Part shown: positions 29,673 through 37,577 of the stretch, one piece after another | Layout: the number at the start of each line of letters is the position of its first letter | How positions within the stretch are numbered: the first letter of the stretch is position 1 | From: Bacteroidales bacterium | GTDB lineage: Bacteria > Bacteroidota > Bacteroidia > Bacteroidales > UBA932 | Direction of reading: 5' to 3' | Length of the DNA stretch: 64,000 bases | Assembly: GCA_015060205.1 (NCBI GenBank) | Contig: SUYY01000002.1 | Coordinates: forward strand, 1,719 to 65,718 | Notes under the pieces: model-generated | What the model saw: only the letters and a program-made list of their open reading frames with translations | The model's database searches: none | Told to the model about the DNA's origin: nothing | Program-made: the position numbers and the translations under genes

Positions 29673-31288
29673 ACCTGTTTACCGGCGATGAACCTGACGA
29701 TCAACGCCAGCAGAAGAAGTGTGAACAGGAAACTGCATACACGACCTGTGATGTCTCCGTGAGATACGTAGAATGTCAGGTCATCTCGAAGTGGCAATGA
29801 ACCTGAAATGACAGCCTGCTCCCACCATGGAGTGGGCTGCATTATTTCTCCGGAAGGGCTGATTATGGCACTGATGCCTGTGTTTGCGCAACGTGCTATG
29901 GCGCGACGTGTCTCAATTGCCCTCAGGGAGGCATAACTCAGGTGCTGCCTGTAGCCGGGAGTATCTCCCCACCATGCGTCGTTGGTGATGATGGTCATTG
30001 CACGTGCTCCTTTTCGTATATAATCCGTATAGTACTCTCCGTAGACTGATTCATAGCATACTGCACAGCCTACAGGTATGTCCCCTGCATGAAGAAGCGA
30101 AATGTCTCCCTGACCGATACAACGTCCCATTACGCCTCCCAACAGATCGTCTATCTTGCAGAATATCGCCGGATATGGCGTGTGTTCCACCGCTACCACG
30201 AGTTTGTTCTTGTGAAATATTTCAGTTTCGGCAGAACCGTCAATCATAAGTGCTGAATTATGCGACTCGACCCAAAGTCCGTCCCTGACGTTGCGGGCGG
30301 TATGTGACGGAGCATTTTCTGATTCTATATAGTCATATGCTGATGCGCCGAAGAGCATGCTCACTCCCGGATAATCCTTGAGGAACCTCGTGAAGCGTCT
30401 CCATGTGCGGCTTCTGTCATATTGACCGACGATTATGTCGCTTGTGAATGTCTCCGGGGCAAGCACAAGAAGGGGAGAGGCGAGAGTGTCTTCCTTCCGG
30501 CAAGAGAGTTCCCTGGATATCATTCCCTCCACGATTGCGTTCTGCTGGTCCTGAGTCATCGCCTGGAACTTGTTGTAAGGGTCGATGTTCGGCTGGACTA
30601 TGAGTACGTCGAGGGTCTGCTCTGCATCCATCGAGTCGTCGTATTTTTTGCCGATAATAGGGGAGATGATGAAAGGAACGCTCAGAACAGCGGCAAGTCC
30701 GATTATGGCAGCACATCTTGCCTTCGCATTCCATCTCAGCCAACTGCCGTCAGACAATGATACAAGCATTCCGAATATTCCCAGATTGCTCACCCATATC
30801 CAAAGAGAACCTCCGAGACTTCCTGTGATTTCATACCATTGGACTGCCCATGTGGTTCGTGCAAATGAATTTCCGAGAACCAGCCAAGGCCATGATATCT
30901 CTGCATCAAAATAGAATCTTTCCCATGCTATCCATGTGACCATCAGGAAGATATAAGGGAGGGCACCGCTGAATTTCCTTTTGCTCAGACGGAACAGTCC
31001 GAACACCAGGGACATCTGCAGAGAGTTTGCGAATATGGCGAAGAGACCGCCTCCTACAGTAGCGTTGCACACCCAGAATGTGGTGAAGGCATTCCACAGC
31101 ACGAAGGCGGAATAATGGTATATCCATATTCTTTTCTTTTCAAGCAGGGTGGCTATACGTTCCATGCAAAGCAGGGGCACAAGTCCAAACAGTGCCATCC
31201 ATCCGGTGTGAGGTACTATATATGGGACTGACATCAGTACCGCAAACAGTACCACAAGTCCCCAAATCAACATATTCTCTTTTTTCAT
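29669..31288 (-). CDS. lnt: Apolipoprotein N-acyltransferase
   Basis: TM domain with WPWLVLG; QPNI; E-K-C triad in APET, HKNKLV and VCYES; ITNDAWW and RCANTGISA. Confidence 0.9.
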   Translation of the reverse strand: MKKENMLIWGLVVLFAVLMSVPYIVPHTGWMALFGLVPLLCMERIATLLEKKRIWIYHYSAFVLWNAFTTFWVCNATVGGGLFAIFANSLQMSLVFGLFRLSKRKFSGALPYIFLMVTWIAWERFYFDAEISWPWLVLGNSFARTTWAVQWYEITGSLGGSLWIWVSNLGIFGMLVSLSDGSWLRWNAKARCAAIIGLAAVLSVPFIISPIIGKKYDDSMDAEQTLDVLIVQPNIDPYNKFQAMTQDQQNAIVEGMISRELSCRKEDTLASPLLVLAPETFTSDIIVGQYDRSRTWRRFTRFLKDYPGVSMLFGASAYDYIESENAPSHTARNVRDGLWVESHNSALMIDGSAETEIFHKNKLVVAVEHTPYPAIFCKIDDLLGGVMGRCIGQGDISLLHAGDIPVGCAVCYESVYGEYYTDYIRKGARAMTIITNDAWWGDTPGYRQHLSYASLRAIETRRAIARCANTGISAIISPSGEIMQPTPWWEQAVISGSLPLRDDLTFYVSHGDITGRVCSFLFTLLLLALIVRFIAGKQV

Positions 31289-31310
31289 GTTCTTTGTAAT
31301 TTCAATCGGT

Positions 31311-31529
31311 CCCTTCCCGTCCTCCTTCCGTCTTCCTGCCCTTCATCCTTTCCATCACTTCCCATCACCTTCCCGTCATCCTTCCCATCACCTTCCCGTC
31401 TTCCTGCCCTTCATCCTTCCCGTCATCCCCGACCTGATCGGGGATCCCATACGCACTTGTCATTGTGAGGAACGAAGTGACGTGACAATCTCCATGTCAT
31501 TCTTTCCGGCACAGCGAGTGGAGAAATCT
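31311..31529 (+). repeat. Pyrimidine-rich tandem tract followed by three GTCAT-tagged palindromic elements
   Basis: Repeated CTTCCC(G/A)TC units, then CGTCATCCCCGACCTGATCGGGGATCCC (31421-31448), TGTCATTGTGAGGAACGAAGTGACGTGACAATCTC (31458-31492) and a degenerate TGTCATT...GAGAAATCT (31495-31529). Confidence 0.75.
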
Positions 31530-31597
31530 ATAATCACGGCAAATGTAGCAAAAATTTACTATATTTGTCCGATTATACACTTATCAAAAGAGAAGGT

Positions 31598-32248
31598 ATG
31601 CTGTTGGATATAATAAAAGGATTTGTAGTCGGAATTTGCGCCTCGGCGCCGATGGGTCCCATTGCGATACTTGTAATTCAGAAAACGTTCAATAAGGGAC
31701 GTTATGCCGGATTTGTGACCGGACTCGGTGCAAGTGTCGTGGATACAATATATGCCATCATTTCATTGTTTGCACTTGCGTTCGCCCAGCAGATAATAGA
31801 CAGGCATGAGAACATCATATTGCTTGTGGGAGGACTGATACTGACCCTGATAGGAGTTTCCATGGCTTTGTCCAATCCTTTCAGAAAGAAGAGAAGACAT
31901 GACACGAAGTCTACATTCTCATCCAAGGACTTCCTGCAGGCGATAGCGATGGGAATATCAAATCCGATGGCGATATTCGTGATATTCGCTCTTTTTGCCT
32001 TCTTTGGAATCGCGGAAGAGACACCACGTGACTGGAATGTGGCGCCAATCATACTTTCGGTAAGCGCAGGCTCTGTAGTGTATTGGTTCACAATGTCCTG
32101 GGCTCTCAGCAAATTCAGGGACAAATTCCGTCTGCGCACAATTCTGTGGGTCAGCAGGGTAATGGGTGCCGTGGTCATAATCATCGGACTTGTCCTGATG
32201 GGACAGGGACTGTTCAATGTCGTATTCTTGAGTAAACCTCTCATATGA
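31598..32248 (+). CDS. LysE family translocator
   Basis: APMGP, G...GLGA..VD and ISNP motifs; about 6 TM segments. Confidence 0.85.
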   Translation: MLLDIIKGFVVGICASAPMGPIAILVIQKTFNKGRYAGFVTGLGASVVDTIYAIISLFALAFAQQIIDRHENIILLVGGLILTLIGVSMALSNPFRKKRRHDTKSTFSSKDFLQAIAMGISNPMAIFVIFALFAFFGIAEETPRDWNVAPIILSVSAGSVVYWFTMSWALSKFRDKFRLRTILWVSRVMGAVVIIIGLVLMGQGLFNVVFLSKPLI

Positions 32249-33381
32249 TGGAAAAATCAAAAGTATATTTTACCGATCTTCGTACTGTTCCGGGAAATGA
32301 CATGCTTACAAAACTCGGAAAACTTCTCAAGAGGGCGGGGATTGATACAATCGATTTCGAAGGAAAGTTCGTAGCCATAAAGATACATTTCGGTGAGCCG
32401 GGAAATCTGGCTTACATCCGTCCCAACTATGCTGCCAAGGTGGTGGATATGATCCGTTCGCTTGGCGGCAAGCCTTTTCTGACTGACGCCAACACATTAT
32501 ATTCCGGTGGCCGTTCCAATGCGGTGGATCATCTGGATGCCGCAATGGAAAACGGATTCAACCGTATTGGAGCACATGCCGACGTGATAATTGCCGACGG
32601 TCTTAAAGGTACTGACTATAAGGAAGTTCCTTGCGGTGGAAAATATTGCCCATCTCCTAAGATAGGTGCGGCGATCGCAGATGCGGACATAGTGATTTCC
32701 ATGAACCATTTCAAGGGCCATGAACAGAGCGGTTTCGGTGGTGCATTGAAGAATCTTGGAATGGGTTCTGCAAGTGTCGGAGGCAAACTCGAACTTCATT
32801 CTTCGTCTCAGCCGGTGATAGATACTGAGAACTGCATCGGTTGCCGCATATGCGAGAAATACTGCCGTCACGATGCCGTCAAGGTTGTCGAAAGGAAGGC
32901 GGTCATCGACTATGACAGATGTGTCGGCTGCGGCCAATGCGTGGCAGTATGTCAGAAATCAGCCGCGGTGGTGAAGGACTATGATACATCGGAAGTGCTG
33001 AACAGCAAGATCGCTGAATATGCTTTTGCGGTGGTGAACGGAAAGCCTCATTTCCATATCAGTTTCATCATGAATGTGTCTCCTAACTGTGACTGCTGGA
33101 ATCATAACGATGCTGCCATTGTGCCGGACCTGGGTATAGCAGCGTCCTTCGACCCTGTCGCACTGGATTGCGCCTGCGCAGATCTTGTCAAGGCTGCTCC
33201 AAGCCTGCACGGCAACGCCATTTCAGACCGTCATGGCGAAAATTGTGATTGCTCTCACCATCATCACAGGGGGGATGACAAATTCCGTCTTGTCCATCCG
33301 GATACCAACTGGGAGGCAGGAGTGCGCTATGGTGAGGAAATAGGATTGGGAACTTGTGAATATGAACTGATTAAATTGTAA
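32245..33381 (+). CDS. DUF362 domain protein with a 2x[4Fe-4S] ferredoxin insert
   Basis: KIHFGEPG, HFKGH...GGALKN, CIGCRIC...C and CVGCGQC...C, and SFDPVALD. Confidence 0.85.
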   Translation: MMEKSKVYFTDLRTVPGNDMLTKLGKLLKRAGIDTIDFEGKFVAIKIHFGEPGNLAYIRPNYAAKVVDMIRSLGGKPFLTDANTLYSGGRSNAVDHLDAAMENGFNRIGAHADVIIADGLKGTDYKEVPCGGKYCPSPKIGAAIADADIVISMNHFKGHEQSGFGGALKNLGMGSASVGGKLELHSSSQPVIDTENCIGCRICEKYCRHDAVKVVERKAVIDYDRCVGCGQCVAVCQKSAAVVKDYDTSEVLNSKIAEYAFAVVNGKPHFHISFIMNVSPNCDCWNHNDAAIVPDLGIAASFDPVALDCACADLVKAAPSLHGNAISDRHGENCDCSHHHHRGDDKFRLVHPDTNWEAGVRYGEEIGLGTCEYELIKL

Positions 33382-33385
33382 ACAT

Positions 33386-34192
33386 ATGGCAGAAGCAGTT
33401 AAAAAGGAATTTCCTGGCAAATGGGCATTGAAACATATCATCGCCGCTCTTGTGGTGTTGATTGTTCTTGTGGCAGGAGCGGCAATATTTCTGAATATAG
33501 CCACCAAGCATGGTCAGGAACTGATTGTTCCGGATCTGTCTAACCTGACGGTTGAGGAGGCTGAATTCCTTGCCGCTTCCAATGATATGGTCGTTGATGT
33601 AACAGATTCGGTCTTTGTCAAGAGGATGAAGAAGGGTGCTGTCTACAGACAGAATCCTGCTCCGGGAAGCAAGGTGAAGAGCGGAAGACGCATATCCTTG
33701 ACAATCAATGCTGTAAATGCAAAGCAGATAACCATGCCGAACCTTGTGGGACTGTCGATGAGGCAGGCTAAGGCGGAACTCCTCTCCAGAGGTCTTCTGC
33801 TTGGAAAACTGATATATGTGCAGGATCTTGCAACAAACAATGTCCTGAGTCAACTCTATCAGAATGCCGAGATTGAACCTGGTTCAATGATTGACAGCGA
33901 GTCAGTCATTGATCTTGTGGTGGGACTGAACGGATATGATTTTGTCACTTATGTTCCTGATGTCGTCGGACTCAAGAGGATGAGTGCTGTCAGTGCGGTT
34001 CATGATAATTCCCTCAACATCAGGTCTCTTCGCTTCGATACTACTGTGAAGGATTATGACGATAGCCTTAATGCTTTGGTTTACAAGCAGATACCAGCAC
34101 CGTCAGACAATATTGATGTCAGGATGGGTTCGGATGTTACACTCTATCTTACACTGGATGCAAACAGGATCCCTATTAGAGACGTGAGATGA
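33386..34192 (+). CDS. PASTA domain-containing protein
   Basis: N-terminal TM and three repeats beginning VPDL, MPNLVG and VPDVVG. Confidence 0.88.
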   Translation: MAEAVKKEFPGKWALKHIIAALVVLIVLVAGAAIFLNIATKHGQELIVPDLSNLTVEEAEFLAASNDMVVDVTDSVFVKRMKKGAVYRQNPAPGSKVKSGRRISLTINAVNAKQITMPNLVGLSMRQAKAELLSRGLLLGKLIYVQDLATNNVLSQLYQNAEIEPGSMIDSESVIDLVVGLNGYDFVTYVPDVVGLKRMSAVSAVHDNSLNIRSLRFDTTVKDYDDSLNALVYKQIPAPSDNIDVRMGSDVTLYLTLDANRIPIRDVR

Positions 34193-35304
34193 TGGACAGC
34201 AGGTTTTTTGATATGGAGGATACTCCTCTGGAGGATTTCGATTCGGCAAAAGCCGGCGATGAGGTCGCATATGAAGATGAGCAGCAGGAGATGTTCGAGC
34301 ATTACCGCTTCGACATTTCATCCGGACAGGTCCCTATGCGTGTGGATAAGTACCTTGCCACCCATATGGAATATACTTCCCGCCATCGCATCCAACTTGC
34401 CATAAAGGCGGAATATATCAGGGTCAATGAAAAGATCGTGAAGGCTAATTATGTGGTCCGTCCCGGTGATGTGATCAAGTTTGTGATGCCTTATCAGAGA
34501 CGCGGACTTGAGATATTGCCTGAGAACATTCCGTTGAACATAGTATATGAGGATGAGGATGTGCTTGTGCTCAACAAGGAGGCGGGTATGGTAGTTCATC
34601 CGGGACACGGACATTTCAGCGGTACTCTTGTGAATGCTCTTGCGCATCATCTCGGCATATCTCAGGATGCTGATGCTCAGGATGAAAGAATGGGAGTCCT
34701 GGTCCATCGTATCGACAAGGATACCTCCGGACTTCTGGTAGTGGCCAAGAATGACGAGGCGCAACTCGACCTGGCAAAGCAATTCTTCGTACACTCCATA
34801 GAACGCAGGTATGTGGCCATAGTGTGGGGAAATCTCAAGGATGATGAGGGAACCATAGTCGGCAATATAGGTCGGGACCCTAACGACAGGATGCGTTTCA
34901 AGGTGTTTCCGGACGGCGATTATGGCAAGCATGCCGTGACTCACTACCGCGTACTGGAGCGTTTCGGTTATGTGACGGTGGTGGAATGCCGTCTGGAGAC
35001 AGGACGTACACACCAGATACGTGTCCACTTCAACTGGATAGGGCATCCTCTCTTCAACGACGAGCGTTACGACGGTGCAGAGATCCGCAAGGGAACCATC
35101 TATGCCAAATACCGCCAGTTCATCGAGAACTGTTTCAAACTCCTGCCTCGTCAGGCCCTCCATGCCAAGACATTAGGCTTTGTCCATCCCAAGACAAAGC
35201 AGATGGTAAGGTTTGACTCAAAATTGCCGGACGACATGCAGGCCCTGATCGACAAATGGAGAAAGTATTCCGAGAATATGACTCAGTTCCTGGAAGAAGA
35301 ATAA
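34189..35304 (+). CDS. rluD: RluA/RluD family pseudouridine synthase
   Basis: S4 domain; NKEAGMVVHP, VHRIDKDTSG, TGRTHQIRVH and QALHA motifs. Confidence 0.9.
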   Translation: MMDSRFFDMEDTPLEDFDSAKAGDEVAYEDEQQEMFEHYRFDISSGQVPMRVDKYLATHMEYTSRHRIQLAIKAEYIRVNEKIVKANYVVRPGDVIKFVMPYQRRGLEILPENIPLNIVYEDEDVLVLNKEAGMVVHPGHGHFSGTLVNALAHHLGISQDADAQDERMGVLVHRIDKDTSGLLVVAKNDEAQLDLAKQFFVHSIERRYVAIVWGNLKDDEGTIVGNIGRDPNDRMRFKVFPDGDYGKHAVTHYRVLERFGYVTVVECRLETGRTHQIRVHFNWIGHPLFNDERYDGAEIRKGTIYAKYRQFIENCFKLLPRQALHAKTLGFVHPKTKQMVRFDSKLPDDMQALIDKWRKYSENMTQFLEEE

Positions 35305-35340
35305 AAAAGGTGGGAAGTTAATCCAACTTCCCACCTTTTT
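35304..35340. terminator. Bidirectional terminator between rluD and rng
   Basis: Perfect 16-bp inverted repeat AAAAAGGTGGGAAGTT / AACTTCCCACCTTTTT with a 5-nt loop. Confidence 0.8.
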
Positions 35341-36874
35341 CGTCATAGAATTCATTTTGCAGGACTGTGAAGTCGGTGACTTCCACCAGTTCTATCTTGC
35401 ATGCATACTTTTTCTTCCAGCGTTTCAGAATTGAGTTGAATACGCCTTTTGTGAGGTATGCTCCCAGTATCGGACTCACTTTGAGAATGACGCTACTCAT
35501 CTTCTTTTCAGTCACATAGAATGCGAGCCTTCTTTCGATAGCCTCATCAATCACGACACTTGACTGTATCTTTCCTGTTCCGTTGCACACCGGACAAACC
35601 TCCTGGGTGTTGATCTCGGTTGCCGGGCGGACTCTCTGGCGGGTTATCTGCATCAGACCGAACTTTGTCAGAGGAAGTACGTTATGCTTTGCCCTGTCGG
35701 TCTCCATCAACTCGGTCATCTTCTTATAGAGGGCGTTTCTGTGTTCGTTCGACTCCATGTCGATGAAGTCCACAATCACGATGCCTCCCATGTCCCTGAG
35801 CCTGAGTTGTCGTGCAATCTCCTCTGCTGCGTAGCAGTTGATGTCGAATGTGTTCTGCTCCTGTTCCTTGTTCTTGGAACGGATTCCGGAGTTGACATCT
35901 ATCACATGCAGTGCTTCGGTGTGCTCGATCACAAGGTATGCTCCCTGCTTGATAGGGACCACTTTCCCGAATGAACTCTTGATCTGTCTCGTCACTTCGA
36001 AGTGGTCGAAAATCGGTGCCTTCTCTTTGTAGAGTTTTACGATCTTCTCCTGCTCCGGTGAGATCAGCGAGATGTACTTGCGGGTCTCCTCATAGATTGT
36101 CTCATTGTTCACATAGATGTTGCTGAACGAATCGTTGAGCAGATCTCTGAGGATTGTGGTGGTCTTGCTGTATTCCGTGAACAGCAGTTGGACTCCCTTG
36201 CTTTTTGCCAGTTTCTTCCATGAATCTTCCCATTTCTCTATCAGAGACATCAGTTCCGCATCAAGTATCGCAGCATTTTTGCCTTCTGCGGCTGTGCGGA
36301 TGATTGCTCCATAGTTCTTGGGGAGAATGCTTTTTACAAGTGTCTCCAGTCTTCTTTTCTCCTCTTTCGAGGTGATCTTCTGGGATACGCTCACCTTCTC
36401 TGCGAAGGGAAGCAGTACAATGTTTCGTCCTGCCAATGAAATTTCTGCAGTCAGTCGTGAACCTTTTGTTGATATCGGCTCCTTTACGATCTGGACTATT
36501 ATCATCTGTCCCGGCGTCAGCACATTTTCTATCCTACCCTCCTTTGCGAGGATGTGGTCAGGTCTGATGTGCTTGTAGATTCCTTTTGCATCTGTGTTGG
36601 GATTGATTCTTTTGACAAATTCATCAAAAGCCTCAAAATACAGTCCCAGATCCAGATAATGGACAAATGCTTCCTTCTCGTCTCCGATATCCACAAAGGC
36701 GGCGTTAAGGGCGGGAAGAAGTTTCTTGACCTTTCCCAGATACACATCTCCTACAGAGAAACTGTGCCCTTGACTCGACTCCTTGTTCAACTCGATGAGC
36801 CTGTGGTTTTCCATCAGCGCTATCGAGACTTCTGTCGGATTTACATCGACAATCAGGTCTTTTACGGACTCCAT
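35318..36874 (-). CDS. rng: Ribonuclease E/G family
   Basis: S1 domain AAFVDIG, KEPISTKG, IDVNSG and RLRDMGGIVIVDFIDM; start uncertain (ATG 36874 or TTG 36886). Confidence 0.93.
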   Translation of the reverse strand: MESVKDLIVDVNPTEVSIALMENHRLIELNKESSQGHSFSVGDVYLGKVKKLLPALNAAFVDIGDEKEAFVHYLDLGLYFEAFDEFVKRINPNTDAKGIYKHIRPDHILAKEGRIENVLTPGQMIIVQIVKEPISTKGSRLTAEISLAGRNIVLLPFAEKVSVSQKITSKEEKRRLETLVKSILPKNYGAIIRTAAEGKNAAILDAELMSLIEKWEDSWKKLAKSKGVQLLFTEYSKTTTILRDLLNDSFSNIYVNNETIYEETRKYISLISPEQEKIVKLYKEKAPIFDHFEVTRQIKSSFGKVVPIKQGAYLVIEHTEALHVIDVNSGIRSKNKEQEQNTFDINCYAAEEIARQLRLRDMGGIVIVDFIDMESNEHRNALYKKMTELMETDRAKHNVLPLTKFGLMQITRQRVRPATEINTQEVCPVCNGTGKIQSSVVIDEAIERRLAFYVTEKKMSSVILKVSPILGAYLTKGVFNSILKRWKKKYACKIELVEVTDFTVLQNEFYDEKGGKLD

Positions 36875-36925
36875 CAGGAATTTCAATGTTAAAGAACTTA
36901 TCAGTAGCCCGTTGCGGGCTTTAAA

Positions 36926-36961
36926 CTAAAGAGGCCGACCCCCGGGTCAGCCTCTCTTTAG
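36926..36961 (-). terminator. Long hairpin after bS22, a probable terminator or attenuator before rng
   Basis: CTAAAGAGAGGCTGACC-CGGG-GGTCGGCCTCTTTAG on the minus strand, followed by TTT. Confidence 0.6.
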
Positions 36962-36993
36962 CGGACTGCTAAAATGGCAGACACTAGAGAATA

Positions 36994-37086
36994 TTACTTC
37001 TTCTTCTTGTGTCTGTTCTTGCGAAGACGCTTCTTGCGCTTGTGCGTAGCCATTTTATGCCTCTTATGCTTCTTTCCGTTTGGCAT
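36994..37086 (-). CDS. 30-aa basic protein, 30S ribosomal protein bS22 (AURKAIP1/COX24-like)
   Basis: Hand translation MPNGKKHKRHKMATHKRKKRLRKNRHKKKK*; too short for the ORF track. Confidence 0.88.
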   Translation of the reverse strand: MPNGKKHKRHKMATHKRKKRLRKNRHKKKK

Positions 37087-37112
37087 AATGTTAATGGTTT
37101 ATAGAGTGATAC

Positions 37113-37385
37113 TTATTTTACTTCGTTTACGAATACCTTTGCAGGCTTGAAAGCAGGGATGTTGTGAGCAGGAATAGTCATCGTAGTGTTCTTGGTGATA
37201 TTTCTTGCTGCCTTCTCTGCTCTGTGCTTGATTATGAAACTGCCGAATCCGCGGAGATATACAGGATTGCCCTTTGCAAGTGATGCCTTGACGCTCTCCA
37301 TGAAAGACTCAACAACAATCTGAACAGTAGCCTTCTCAATTCCGGTTGCCTTGGCAACCTCGTTTACGATTTCTGCCTTTGTCAT
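37113..37385 (-). CDS. hup: HU/IHF DNA-binding protein
   Basis: MTKAEIV...LRGFGSF...ARNI...PAFKP. Confidence 0.93.
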   Translation of the reverse strand: MTKAEIVNEVAKATGIEKATVQIVVESFMESVKASLAKGNPVYLRGFGSFIIKHRAEKAARNITKNTTMTIPAHNIPAFKPAKVFVNEVK

Positions 37386-37531
37386 AACTTATTTACTTTT
37401 AATTCATTTACTATTTCCGATATAGGAGCGCAAAGGTAATTTTATTTTTTCATTTCACCAAAAAGAATTTAAAAATATTTGCGGCATATATGTTGACCAT
37501 TATATATATGTAGAATATTTTTAACGCTTAT

Positions 37532-37573
37532 TCTGCCAAAATGGCAGATATGTGTTCATTTTGAGTAAATTTG
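37532..37573 (+). promoter_or_regulatory. lon promoter with an upstream palindrome
   Basis: TCTGCCA-AAA-TGGCAGA (37532-37548) and the -7 box TAAATTTG (37566-37573). Confidence 0.6.
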
Positions 37574-37577
37574 TGAC

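Noticed and set aside
31311-31529. Possible CRISPR array or 108-aa protein (ORF 31287-31613)
   Set aside because: There is no constant repeat with unique spacers and no cas genes. The ORF is a translation of low-complexity and palindromic repeats.
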